Positions 1 to 13,709 of a stretch of 64,000 bases of DNA are shown here, piece after piece. Source of the stretch: Antedon mediterranea (Eukaryota; Animalia; Echinodermata). Position numbers and translations under genes: made by a program. The DNA is taken from assembly GCF_964355755.1 (NCBI RefSeq), contig NC_092679.1, forward strand, positions 13,995,432 to 14,059,431, read 5' to 3'. The notes beneath the pieces are model-generated. The model saw only the letters and a program-made list of their open reading frames with translations. It was not told where the DNA came from and made no database searches. The stretch's first letter is position 1, and the number at the start of each line of letters is the position of its first letter.

Positions 1-570
1 TAACATATAAATTGTGAACAATCTGACACCAAAATTAACTATCAACGTCAACCCAATAATGAGATATGGTAATTTGCCTGAAAAACAGGTCAAAGGTCAA
101 ATACGATATTTCTGGTCAATATTTGAGAAAAAACTTCATTATAGTAAATAGAAATGTTTATGTTCTGAACATTTTGACACCTAAGTAAACTCTCAAGGAC
201 AAGTAGTTTATGGATATCAAAAGATATTAACCTTAATACAGTTGGACATTGCACCATAAAGGTCAAAGGTTAAAACTGGTACTTCCGGTCATTTTTTTCA
301 AAAATACTTTATTAGAGTAGTTAGAAGAATTGTTTATGTTTTGAAAATTTTTAGCTAAAAATCAACTCTCTATGCCCAGTAGTTTCAGAGATATTGAGTG
401 TTTAAGCGAAAATGTCCGCCAATTTAAATTATGCAAATTAAGTGACCCAAGGGGTCATTTTGCGTGACGCCCATCAAAAATTGAATTCGTATAGGATGGG
501 CAATCTGTATACCAAATTGGGTGTTTTTGGAAAAAAACTGAACCAAAATGTCCCTAACAGACTCCACTAT
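1..570. mobile_element. Probable non-autonomous Helitron/HINE-type repeat end (partial)
   Basis: Recurrent AAAGGTCAAA/TGACAC motifs and a terminal ...ACTCCACTA typical of invertebrate rolling-circle repeats; family assignment from recall only. Confidence 0.35.
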
Positions 571-616
571 GCTATTTGTTGATTGTGCTAATTTAAGGCC
601 AACAAAAGATACGTTA

Positions 617-655
617 GTGTCACCATGGAGGTATTTTTTACCTCCATGGTGACAC
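617..655. repeat. Perfect 17-bp inverted repeat with T5 loop (core CATGGAGGTA...TACCTCCATG)
   Basis: GTGTCACCATGGAGGTA-TTTTT-TACCTCCATGGTGACAC read directly. Confidence 0.85.
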
Positions 656-2150
656 GTCCAGCTATTAGAGAAGCATGACTTAAATATTTATTTTAAAAAT
701 AATTTATTGTTCATTCAATTTTCTATCAAACTCATCACGATCATCATTCTGTCATCATACTGTACATATATATTTAAAAAATCAAATCCTGCAGGTTAAA
801 CTATTTCTTTTTAGCTTACAAGATGATACAATTTAATTAGATAATAGATTTACACAAATAATACATTTTTCATATGTATTTATTATCTAACATGCCTTTT
901 AAATAATTAAAAAGGAAGAATGCTTAATTATCTATAAAATAAATCCATTTTGATCATAATCGGTTAAGTATTTAATGAGTTACATCCGAAAATAGAGTAC
1001 CTGTATCTTACTTAAATAGTGCCCTCAACTTCACAATTTTACTAAACATTATTAAATCCCTGCTACAAGCACCCAAACGTAATCGTTAATAAATTATGTT
1101 TGCCTTTTCACAAGCACATGTAGTTTACACATTATTTCTAGTATATATTGGGTCAGTTTTTTTTGCATATCTGAAAAAAAAAATAATTATGGCTTCTTGT
1201 CTTAATTAACATAATAAATATCGCATATCACAGATTTTGCTGATTTTTTTGCCAAAATTATACATTTTTGCTTTAAAAAAGTAATATAATTTCAATAAAG
1301 TTAAAATAAAAATATTTTATTGAATAGATAATGTAATTAGCTATTAATCAACATTAATTTCAACAAAATACATCAAATATTTATTAAGTTATGAACAATA
1401 AAGTGCATCACTATAAAATGGCGGCCATTTTTGCCGCCATCTTGGATTTCAAGATGGCCGCAGTAAATTTGCAACGGCACACCTCGTGATTATTGTGTCT
1501 AAGGGTATTAGCTAACAAAAAAAGTTGGTGTGCTAAGTGTGTAGAAACATGGCAATGGGAGCTCTCTAAACAAGTTAATGGACCTCCGCTTATAATAATA
1601 ATATTAGTAGGCCGAATAAACAATTCGTCTTCTTCTTCGAGCCGAATCACCGGATGTTCAGCGCGTACTAGTTACTAGGTTACTACCGTGAGTATTGACC
1701 AATCACAAACGGTGTTTCATCTCATCTAGAGGGAGGACTAACAACAAATGAGGGCGCTATGTATGCATAGCTTAAATAGTTTAGTTGATTAATTTCTTCA
1801 AGCAAGTTTCGTGGCATATTGGTTGAAGCGAGATCAAGACCCACTAGATGACTTTTGTTTATTTATCGGCAAACGCGAGTGTTCCTCACGAAAATTACAC
1901 AGTCAATATCATCGTACTCGAGAATCCGATGGATTTCATATGTTTAATGACAGGGACACGATAATTACGCGAAAATAACTCAGTCAATATCATGGTACTC
2001 GAGGACATATACGATTTACGATCCTCGCAGCGGTAGTCATGTGATGCAGTTTCAACCGATCACGTACACGTATTTACATAGGCTATGTAATATAAAATTA
2101 TGTTCGCAGATCTTGGAAATTTAGCTTTGACATTGAATGAAATAATTATT

Positions 2151-5100
2151 ACTAGATGGTACGCTCGCTTCGCTCGCGTACCATCTAGGTCGTGCCCACA
2201 GATGGTTCTCGAATACATAATAATTTCAGCGTTAAAGAACTGGCGATTTCAAATGTACGTACCGCAGGACAATAATACATGTCGTTTACAGGAACGAATA
2301 AATAGACACTGTGATTTATGTACTCAACTAAAATTACCACCCTGGGAATTACTTCCGAAAGAGAAACTTGTCACAAAATGAGACAAATTGTTTAAGTCAA
2401 ATTTAAACAAACTTAATTTGTGTTTTGTATGTAACATTAGGGTTGAGGGATGGGGAAGAGGATGGGTGCAAAGAAGAACAATTTTTAAAGATATTCTTTA
2501 TCCATTTAGTAACGAAATATTAATTGTTTTCATGTTTTACAAATAATATACCACTATACACAGTAAAACATTGCGATTTAATACTTTGTTGAAACTATCA
2601 CCGTCGATTGAAATAGTATAGTACATGTAACGATACATCTCTACGACGTGTATAATATGTTTATATAATTTAAAACAATTTGTGAAAACCACCTCTATTC
2701 GGGCAAAATCATAAATTCGATTTAATGGTCAATAAATATTAAATTATCTAACTCAACTTAATTAGTAGGCATAATGGTTTTCAATTGTTTCTTCTTAGAG
2801 CCAATTCATACTTAAGTTGATTCCTACCCTACCCTCCAAAGTTGTTCTGCGTTTAGGGCATGTGATGTACCGTAGGCCCATCCTCTACTGGTTTTACAAC
2901 GCTACTCATGCCAGTGAGGGAAGGGTGATGATGTGGGTGGTTTAACTGCAATAATAAAGATGTGTACATAATATACGGCGAGTGAAAGCGCTAGCTCATT
3001 ATCTGTTTAAAAAAATCTATATCCATCCTCTGCAGCACAGATTGAAAAAAAAAAATGGATCGAATTTCTGTTATGAGTATACAGTACTTGCCTTTACGAC
3101 GCCTGAGGGAATAGACACTTGTGTGGAACAGAGATTGGAATGTTCCATTCATTTCAAATCAATACATTTGCATAAACGTATATTAAATCTATCAAAATAG
3201 TATTTTTTTAAGAAAATCGGCCTGTCTTCAACATTATGATACTGTACTCGAGCTGTTCAACCGATTTTCAGCTATTAAAAACAATTATCGTAGGAGGAGA
3301 TAGGAAAATGTGAAGCATCCTCGTATTATTGTCTGCGGGTATTTTTCAAGACGGACATCCATTAGACAGTGTATACCACGATCGAAAAACACCCCTATTT
3401 GGGGCAAATCGTTGAACCTAAATTCGTTTTAATCGTCACACACTCAATTCACCAGGGACAAAAAGTAGTGAGCCCTCTATCGGCAGCGAATCGTTTTTGC
3501 ACACGAGACAGCGTTGACAATTACCCGGAAGCAACTTTGTTTTGAAAAGTAAATCTTAGGTTTTTGCAAACTGGCCAATTGGAACTTTTGGTTTTATTTA
3601 CTAATGAATAATTCATGAAAACCTTTGAAGAGGCATCTACGAACCACGTGATATTGTTTTTTAATCGACGAACCCATTATATTTGTGTGAAACAAGGGTG
3701 AATTACACCGATGTTTTTTAAACAATTTTAGGCTATTCGAATGTTAAAATGTTGTCTAATTTGTTGAGGCTGTAATAAAACAACGCAATTTTTTGAGAAG
3801 GTGGGTTTTATAGTTTCTGAATATTTGATTTTTCAATAGTAGTTAATAAAAAAATGTCGTTGGGGTTATTTTTTTTTTTTTTTTAATGGCTTCTTAAACA
3901 TGTGCCTTCTTGGGTATTTCACTATTGAAAATGGAACACATGGTTGTAGCTAAAATCATTTTTTACGCCATAAGATAAAAAATGTGGTTTTGTAAATTAA
4001 TAAGGGCAACATATAATATATAAGAAAGCTTTTTTAAATGATAAAACTCTACAAAGCCTCTTTGTTTTATTTATAAATCAATATAGTCTAGGCCTAGTAA
4101 TACAGTAGGAGAGCCAGGCTTTAGCCTATAATAGTGGGGTAGTGCGTGCATTATTGGCGCGTGTTCATTGTCAGGCGCGCGTTGTTTATAGGCCTAAGAA
4201 AAAAAGAATAAATATACACATATAATTAAATAATGATTATTATTAATTGAATGTTTTGTTTTTTTTACAGACCCCAGAGGATTGTTCTACATACTTCAAT
4301 ACAAATAGCATTAAATCAACAACAATTTCTTATGAGTCATATTAATTTACCTCTGGCATATAATGTGAAAAAGCACTATTACTTATTAGTACTGTAATTA
4401 TTGATATTTATAGATGTATTGCCAAAGAGACATTTATTTTTTAAAAACTTTAACTTATCCTAATTTACTTATTTAAAGGTTCAAGTGGCGGTTGGTTGTT
4501 GTGCAGTAGTTTAATAAAGTTTAAATGTACATTTCAAATCGGCAAATAAATAATGGTAATAGGCCTACTACAGTAATAGTAAATCTTTTGAAGATTAGGC
4601 TTAGTACAAAAAATGTTAGCTAAGTTCATGTAGAAAACTTGTTGTCTGATTTTTAAGGTGCAATTTGTGATAATATTAAAAGTTAAAATGTTAATTGGTG
4701 TGTATTTGTATTTCATTTATTGCTCCATTATTATAATAAAAAGCAGGGAACCGTGAAATTTCATTTTAGCTCCGATAAAAAGTAAACATTTTCAGCATAT
4801 ACTTAAATCAATCATATGTTAGTGAAAGGTGACATTAACAGATTTATTATGAGATTACTAGTAAGCCTATTCATAAAAATATGACATTATATACTGTGTA
4901 CATTAATTAATTAGCCTAGGCCTAACTAATTGACTGATTTTTCAGTATTTTACCAAGTCAGCCGTTCAGGCATGCAAACAGTCCCCACTTCACACTAATC
5001 TTCATAATTATAAGAAAAATGAAAGTTGAGCACTTTATTTTAAAATTTATATGCCCATATTATAAGATTCTGCATCATCCACTTAACAAGAACTAAAATT

Positions 5101-5900
5101 GAGAGCACAGTGATGGAGCGCATTTTCCGTCGTTCTCGTCGCCTAAGGAAACGAGTATTCCAGCCTTGCCGCGTCTTCCTAGGCCTACGCGCACCGCACT
5201 TTCGCTCAAAATACACTATCTTCAACTCCTTATAGAATTTGTTTGAAAAATAACCCCAAGCTTATATTTGGAAATCTTTGAAAATGCATATAAGACTATA
5301 TTATAGCGTTTTCAGAATTTCATTTAAAAATTGCAAATTAATGTTAGCTATTTTAACAAATTAGTTAGTTTTCACTTTTTTGTTTTCGCCGTATGACTCG
5401 CTTTGTTTACGTTTACACTTGGCTTAGACGTTTATCTTAGAATTCAAATAAATTAATCCATAATCAACTAAAATTGCTATTGTTGTGGTTTTTGTTTAAT
5501 ATAAATGTTCTTTATTAACAGAAATAAATCAAACAACAATATAATTTAATATAAACCCGTTAAAAAGGAAATTTAGACAGCCTATAAAACACGGACGTCA
5601 GAACTCGCGTCGCTCGAAATGCTCGTTAACTTTCTATTTATAGCCAATCGAAAAAGGCTCCGGCTAACTTAAACAATGAAAACGGCTCTCGGAACACTTA
5701 ATGTCCCATTTTCGCTGTTTGACGTGGATGTGGTCAATAACTAATTATCGAACTCAATTTAATTAGTAAACAGGGTTACATCTGGTGGTAAAAATCAGTA
5801 CCGAAAGTACGAACCAACTTTATATACCACATCGAGTAAACATTCTAGAAATAACCCGCGATTTACCGAATTTTGCCCTTACGTAAATTTATATATAGAT
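2151..5900 (+). mobile_element. Non-autonomous Helitron-like element, interrupted by the 3439-5732 insertion
   Basis: 5' ACTAG...CGCTTCGC hairpin (CTAGATGGTACGC/GCGTACCATCTAG); 3' ...GCCCTT...TATATATAGAT end; its 3' part recurs inverted at ~26115-26860 and ~45114-45660. Confidence 0.6.
3439..5732. mobile_element. 2.3-kb non-autonomous DNA transposon, CAC...GTG termini, 4-bp TSD GTCA (Chapaev/Transib-like), bipartite asymmetric ends
   Basis: The empty site (AATCGTCAATAAC) is seen in the uninterrupted copy near 45270 (reverse complement); GTCA is at 3435-3438 and 5733-5736. Confidence 0.75.
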
Positions 5901-6262
5901 GATATAATGCGGATGAATATCTATAGAAGAAAGGTGCGCACTTTTCCATTTATTTGAAACCTGTTTAAATTATCCGTGGATGCATTGTTTGCATCGTTAA
6001 CCCGATTAGCCTCATAGCTAGGAGGCCCATCACTGTATTTCTGTTCAGATCGATCTGCATCCATTTATTTATTGGTACATACTAGCGTTATTAGGAGTAA
6101 TAAGAGAGGCGTAGTTATAATAATAATAATAATATTTATTCGGTCATCAATGTAAAAATAACCAGGAATGAGAATAGGCTAAAGCCCAAACAGATTCTGC
6201 ACTCACTCCATACAATACAATCAGTTAAAGATAAAACCATATACAAGAAAAATACAAATAAA

Positions 6263-9235
6263 TTATACATAACATGAAATATAGTGTTTTGTTAGAGCAG
6301 CCTTAAATATTGAAATTGTTTGTGAATCTTTTATGTCATTTGGTATTTGCTCCCATAGTCTACGAAAGGAAACAAATACAGAATTATGAAAAGTATTGCC
6401 TTTCGAATTCCAACGTAAAAGCCTACCCGGACATCTTTCACTAGTTTTAATATACTCATTGAAAGAATGGGGACAGTAACCTTTCAACACCTAAAATCCT
6501 CATGAAAGTCTATGTAATTTAAACAAGTCATCAATAGATAATAATTCAAGCACTTTCAACCTATGAAAATAAGATGTGTCCCAGGAACCTTCCTTTCTAA
6601 ACATTATTATCCTTGTTGCTTTCCTTTGTATACTTTCTATTCTATTAATATTTGATTTCTCAAATGGTGCCCACATTAAACAACAGTAGGTAACCACTGG
6701 AAGTAATAGAGCTTTGTATAAGTTCAACATAGCTAACCAGGACATATTTTTACTACATTTTGAAATAAAACCAAGCAATCTGCTTGCTTTACAACATATA
6801 TAATTAACTTGTGTATGACAAGACAACGAACTATTTACATAAACACCTAGAAATTTGAATTCTGTAACTTTAGGAATATTGTCTGATTCTATGGTATAAT
6901 CCCAGTTAACTATCTCTTTACATCTTGTAACATGCATTACGGCGCATTTGACAGGATTTAAGGGAAGTTTGTGTACATTTGCTCATTTAGCAATTAAATC
7001 TAAATCCTTTTGAAGCAATTTACAATCATTATTGTTATAAATAGGACGTGATAATGTGTGATCATCAGCAAATTGAAAAAGTGAAGAAGAAATATTATTT
7101 ACAATATCACTTACATAAATCAAAAATAAAAGAGGGCCCAAAACTGACCCTTGTGGTACCCCTGAAGTAACATTTACCCACTCTGACTTTTCTCCTCTGT
7201 AAATAACCCTTTGGCGTCTATTTGAAAGAAAATCTGTAATCCATGCATTAGTGTTTCGACCAATGCCACAGTTAATAAGTTTCTTAATTAATCTTTTATG
7301 AGACACCTTATCAAATGCAGACGAAAAATCAAGAAAAATAATATCAATATTTTTACAACCTTTAAGTTCTAAGCTCTGTGCCCATGAATGAAAAACCTTT
7401 GAAAGTAAAAGTTCAGTACTATACATTTGTCTAAACCCAAACTGATTTTCTGAAAGGATATTATTATATTCTAGATATTCCCTTAAGCGATAACAAAGAA
7501 ATTTCTCAATAATCTTACAAATTATGGGAGTTAAGGACACTGGACGATAGCTTTTCATTTCGTCTTTGGGTTTTCTATTTCTTTTGAAAATAGGTACAAC
7601 ATTTGCATCCTTCCATTGTTTTGGTAAAATACCTTTTTGTACAGTTAAATTAAAGAATGTACATAAAACATTAGCCAATTGTGCCTTACATGACTTTAAG
7701 AATATTGGAAGCAAACAATCAGGTCCTGGTGATTTGGATACATTTAACTGTGAGAGGGCATAAAATACCTCAGGCATCACAAAGGGTTCACATTCAAAGT
7801 TGGTAAGACAATCTATTGTATCCAAATCACAATGCTGATCATTATCTATGCAAAAGTTGTTTACAAATTGTGTATTGAAAAGATTAGCCAACACCTTAGC
7901 ATCAGATACCATTGTGTTATTTATCTTAAAGCTAATAACATCTGAGTCATTTTTTATAGACCTTATATACGCCCAGAATTGTTTTATATCAGTTGTAGCT
8001 TTGTTTGAAATATTTACAACATAATCCCGATGGCTACAATATATTGACTTTTTTAATTCCCTGCTACAAGATTTGAATTTATTTATGCTTTCTTCAGTTC
8101 CTACTTGTTTAGCAATTTTGTACAACTTTCTTTTCTTTGTGCAAAGCTTTTTGATTTCTGGAGTTATCCAGGGAAAAGATTTCGATTTTTTACATTTCCT
8201 AGTTGGTACAGATTTTGAAATTGCAAAATTGATATTACTAGAAATACTTTCCCATATATCACTAATATTGTTATATTGAAAACAATTCTCCCAATTAAAA
8301 TTATCTAATATAGTCTGCATTTTTGAAAAATCAGCCTTTTTAAGAGCATATACAATTTTAGTTATGTCCTTAGCACGTTTATATGACACTTTAACAGAGA
8401 TCTCAACTGCTTCATGATCACATGATTCAAAATTATAAATTGTACGACATTTTTCAATCAGTAGTGGATTAGAAACAAATACTAAATCTAAGAAATGTCC
8501 TTTACTATCACGTGTAATATACGATGGTTGTTTTAAGACTTGAACTAACCCAGTAGAGTTTGTTGCATCTAATAGACCATTCGCTAGGCTAGTTAAACCA
8601 CTACTTTTATCTACCTGTATATTATTCCATTCAATATGTATATTAAAATCACCAATAAGCGAAACCCATTTGTACTGAGTCATTTTTCTTTGAACTTTTT
8701 CTAAATTTGTGTATAAAGCATTTGTGTATTGAATATTGGAAGATGGTGGTCTGTAATATACACCTATAAGAATTTTTCCAATACCAGTGTAACACTCTAA
8801 CCACAATAACTCCAGTATATTATCATTTAGTTCATGACACTCAGATGGTTGTAATGATGTTTTTACAGCAATAAGTACTCCCCCACCATGTGAGTTTCTA
8901 TCCTTTCTAAAAACTATATAATCGTTATTAAATAGTTGACTATCATAAATGGAATTGTCAAGCCATGTTTCTGTCATAGATATAATATCATAAAATGAAG
9001 AATTAAATCGAGAATTTATATCATGCAACTTATTTTTAACACTTCTTACATTGCAATAGAATATATTTAGCTTTTTGAATTTTGAATCTATCATAAAATC
9101 ACTTTGGTTTACATTATTACTTAAACTATTATCATAAGTACATTCAGCATTAATTTTAGCATTAGTAATAGTAATTGGTTGTGAAGCATTAACATTGATT
9201 ATATTTACATTTCGTTCTTGATCATTTAACACCAT
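6263..9235 (-). pseudogene. LINE ORF2: APE endonuclease + reverse transcriptase, frameshifted near 6980 and 6495
   Basis: TETWL, YRPP, GDFN, DH endonuclease motifs; QFGFR, LDFSSAFD, GVPQGSVLGP, FADD RT motifs. Confidence 0.92.
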
Positions 9236-9271
9236 TAAGTTCGTGTCGGCTATATCTTCTTTGCCAATAAC

Positions 9272-9750
9272 TCACTTTCGCATGTCTTGAACTTGGCATA
9301 GCTTTGCTTTATGTCCACTCTGCTTGCATTTCCAGCAGATAACTGGACCTCCATGCCGACACACTCTATGTGTATGTCCACTTTCGCTACAGTAGTGACA
9401 TCGAACATTCGCTGATTTTGTGCGCTCTTGTCTCTTGACTTGGAAGAGAATAGACACTACTTTATTTATACTCTTTATCAGTGTAGATGTTCCATATTTG
9501 TTAAGGTGGAGACCATGGCGTGTAAACTTGGAAGCATCATATCCTTGATCGGAAGAGAATGCCAGAGTGTGGTCTATAAAACAATTTCCATAAACTGATT
9601 TCAGCATCTTATTTGCTTCTAGCACTCTCATATTTATTTCTGGATCATCCAAACGCGGGCAAATACTTGAAACATAGATGTTACCAGATGTTTTATGCCT
9701 CAAACGAACCATAAGATCATTGAAATCCTCTTTTAACTGATCTAATTTAA
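9272..9750 (-). CDS. LINE ORF1 C-terminus: SGNH-esterase-like end plus two CCHC zinc knuckles
   Basis: HGLHLNKYG (block-V-like); CHYCSESGHTHRVC and CWKCKQSGHKAKLC. Confidence 0.8.
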
Positions 9751-10140
9751 AGTTCAGCTCACTACAATAGAATAGAATACAGTAGTAATATACTAGGTTA
9801 TATGCTAGCCTAGTATGCTTTTATTAAGTACTTCGCTGTAGATAAGATCATTCAATTACACAACGTGGCAAGCCATGATCTCTACTAGCTGGACTACCCT
9901 AACGCTGTTTCTTGTTGTGATATGTGCTAGGCCTAGGCCATCCAATCAGTCACAATTTGTTCTCCTTTTATTAACTTTCCTTTTTGCAAACGTAACATCG
10001 CCTGTCACTGATCTACATGAATTGAGAAATCAGTTTACATATTGCAATAATAACAATGTATCCTAAATAAAAGCTGATTTCTTAACCTACTCATAATAAT
10101 TACACAGATACTGTACTGTATGTTGTTGTTAATTACTTAA

Positions 10141-10745
10141 CACGTTCACTGCCACGGCGTATTTATACGTCAAAAATTGCGTGTCGCTACTTGCCAAGAC
10201 GTAATACTACGTCAAAATCGTAGCACTTTTGTATTGTATGTAGAATCGCTGGCAGTGGTGATTGGAACAGGAATTATCGCATGGCAGTTTATGAATGATG
10301 TACGTAAACGATAATCTAAAAATAAATGTCATATGTTTGTTTGTGTTTATTCCCTCATGCATTGAATATGGTTGATACGATGGCGCCCTCACACTCAATA
10401 TAATCATCTCAAACATGTCATAAATTGCGCTAATAGTAAATAAAAATAATAAAGGATGAAATGATTCAGTGTGGTTTACTGTTTTTATCTCTCGATGATA
10501 GGTTTGACCGATTTTAGCGCGGAAAATCCCCGACGTATATTTACGTTCCTGGCAAAGTCAATAAAATTGTTGGACCATTGCCAGTGACGTATTTATACGT
10601 CTCAACGGTTTTTCCCGCCATCGTATTTTGAATGACATCATGATAGTCTGTGACCAGATGTTACACTTTCAAACTGTAATTTAATATGTAAACGGGACTT
10701 GGCACTGGGACAGAAATTACGGAAAATGCCTTGGCAGTCAATGTG
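10141..10745. mobile_element. piggyBac-like MITE, TTAA TSD
   Basis: TTAA|CACGTTCACTGCCA ... TGGCAGTCAATGTG|TTAA. Confidence 0.8.
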
Positions 10746-12439
10746 TTAAGGTGTATTATTTAAGGACCACAGAGTGATAAAATAACTAAATTCTATTGTA
10801 AAATGAACAACATGTAAAAAAGTAGAGTGAATCTTCCCCGATATAAAGCGGTTTCTATTTTTATTTAAATTTGTATTTTGAAAACAATTTTTAAATTTTT
10901 AAATTTTTAAATATTAAAATATTAAAATATTAAAATATGTTTTTTAATATGTTATTTTAAATTAAGTTTTCTTGATTTGATCTCTAAGTTCACAATTACA
11001 ACCATTATTATGTTGGGAAATGGTGTGAACAAACAGTGCATGCCACTATGCGAACCTCACAAATTACATAGTGTTCAATTCGGTGAAAGGTATCAATACC
11101 AACAATGGAATCTTCTAAAAAAATGTATATCTAGTTTAAAATAAATCGAAATAGTGTATGTATGTCTGTAATACACACAAATACATAATTGGACATACAT
11201 AGAAAATCCCTATCCACCAAAAATGAACTGATAACAACAAATTAATACGCTTTAATTGATAACGGTTTGTAAAAATGTCTGAGTCATAAGGTTTATCGCA
11301 AATACCTTGATTTCGCGAGACACGTCATTGCACAATGCATGATGGGAAGGGTTTGTGAGAAATAGCGCCAACCGTATAATACAAACTTTATATACTGGTG
11401 GTGGCGCTATTGCTCCCAAACCCTTCCCATTATGCATCGCTCACGCAATTTGCGATAAACCTTATTGTATATAGATATAAAATTAACACAATAAATACAA
11501 ACAGTACAGTACAGCTATGACTAATGCAAACACTTTTTTAAAATGTTTCAAGAATTATCGCAGTTAGGTAACTATATATTTTATTAAATCAATCAATCAT
11601 TCCATCATTAATTAACATCTTGTAAGCAATATTAGTAATATGGAATATAAAGTGAATTTACAAGATTTAAAAATGTTAATGAATGAAGTTTAAAAAGATA
11701 AAAAATGTGATAAGAATGATAATAATAAAGATTTTAAGGTGATGACATGAAAGATGATATTATTGTAGTGTTTACGCCACAAAAGAGAGAAAAACAAGCT
11801 CTTATTTATGCGTATTGTTCTTTAAAAATAGATCTAATTTACAATGGTATTTCGTAAGTACAAGATCAAGACTTATTGATGTATTGTATATGTCAGTAAA
11901 ATTGACAGATTACAAAATGGTTCTTTCTATAATCTGAATCTGACTACAGTATCATACAGTGTATGACCTTCTTATATATACATACAAAATATTCTATAGT
12001 CTATACATACATACATTATACACAATGGCAATGATATACGACTATTTTTACCCTACGTATCAACATGTTGTTTTCTCTTTTTTTCACATTCTTTGATATT
12101 CTTTTTAACACTAAAATTTGATAATTCCGTCATGACACAGTAATAATGGTAATAATATAAACATTCTAGACACAACCAGGTGATACTTTCCACACTGGAA
12201 TAATTTAATCAGATTTATAATTCTCAAAGATTTTTAGACTAACTTAAAACAAGCATATTTTATTCCTCTTTCATTACTATATTAAAACAAATTGAATATG
12301 TAAAGTTACAATGGAAAACTTAACAAAACTGGCTATTACAACTGAAAAGTTAAAAATGTTATTTTATCTTTTTTTTTTATCTTATACTATACAATAACAA
12401 GAGTTATGGTATAAATATTACCTCATTATAAAAATAAAG

Positions 12440-13179
12440 CTATATTATAATATTATTTTTCTCAATGTGTGATTCTTCAAGGTCATCTTCATCGATTTGA
12501 AGAAGCAGTGCTCCACTCACTTCTGTCTGTTTTGAATTTCTTCAAGAAATCAACTGAAAACGAGAGCAAACAAATAATTTAATATTAATGTATAAGCAGT
12601 TGGCTGAATATGGTGGTTTGATATTCCTACATTTACATTATAGGCCTTCAATAAATATCTCACCAATTACGACTAGCATGATAGAAACATTCAGCATAAT
12701 TAGGATAACGGGAGTTATCTTGTGAAGTAAACCAATGACGTCATCTTCATTGAAACTCTGATCCAAGTTTATGATCTCCCCAATGGATAGATTGACAACT
12801 ATAAAGACAAGAGTCAACAATTTGAATCTCTGCTCTGACTTCTCTTTCATTGGTTCAAGGTATAAGTGCAACACAATAAATATGACAGTAAAAAATAGAG
12901 AGTAAGACAAACTAGAGGATACGTCATCTTTCAAGTTTGCAATGAGTGCCAACAGAGCCTTGTTGTACAGCTCAAAGGATTCCCAAAACCAACATGTTTG
13001 CTTGTATTGTCCACAAAAGAACCTTCCTCCAATAATCCACCCTTTCCTCTGATTTTCTTCATGTTGATCAAAACGTACATTTTTATAGTATAGCATAAGA
13101 AATATGGCCAATGGAAAACCAATAATGAATATTAAAGCAACGTAAACAAGTGTTTTGTTAGTTTGATACGATAAATAAC
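12440..13179 (-). pseudogene. Truncated paralog of the LRR-9TM gene: last five TM segments (12664-13170) plus terminal exon (from 12553) carrying an 8-bp net deletion and frameshift
   Basis: ORF 12638..13111 is nearly identical to the C-terminal part of ORF 46519..48024; homology stops abruptly at ~13170; the same intron position is retained. Confidence 0.8.
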
Positions 13180-13709
13180 CTACTGTAATATATAATAATA
13201 ATATTCATTAGTAGTTTAATGACAAAATGAGTAGCATTAGCATAACAATTGCTTTAGAGTGAACATTACCTATTATTATTGAAACCAGATGGAATTGTGT
13301 TCACAGTTATAAACAGTTACACCAAAGAAAATGCATCGGTTTCGCTTTTGTTTTAAAAAAGTTTGAAATTATGTGTCTTGAAAGTATTATTTTGATCACG
13401 TGATGCCCATACATGTTTCTTTTCATTCGGACCATCAAAGCTTTGAATGGTCGCTGTCATCCACTGTCATAATGCGAAGTTAGACTATGCTTTAATTAGG
13501 AATTATAATACACTCTATATATGAATACATTTAGTTTATTCTGTGACAGTACTCAGTTCGCTGCCATGATCACTAAAACGAAACTTGGCTCTGGGTTTTC
13601 ACCACGTTCTCGGAATACATACATCATAAGAGTAACTTTCTATCAATTAAATTTAAATCATTAAAACAGTTTCTGATACTTTGAATTCCTATACCACTGT
13701 TTTGTTTGT

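Larger units (their letters stand above)
6118..9760 (-). mobile_element. CR1-group LINE, 5'-truncated, (ATT)n tail
   Basis: APE-RT ORF2, ORF1 C-terminus, 3'UTR and AATAAA(TAT)n tail at ~6118-6140. Confidence 0.9.

Noticed and set aside
5040-5225. Arg-rich ORF as transposase/RAG remnant within the CAC element
   Set aside because: No DDE, zinc-finger or kelch motif recognised in the frames inspected.
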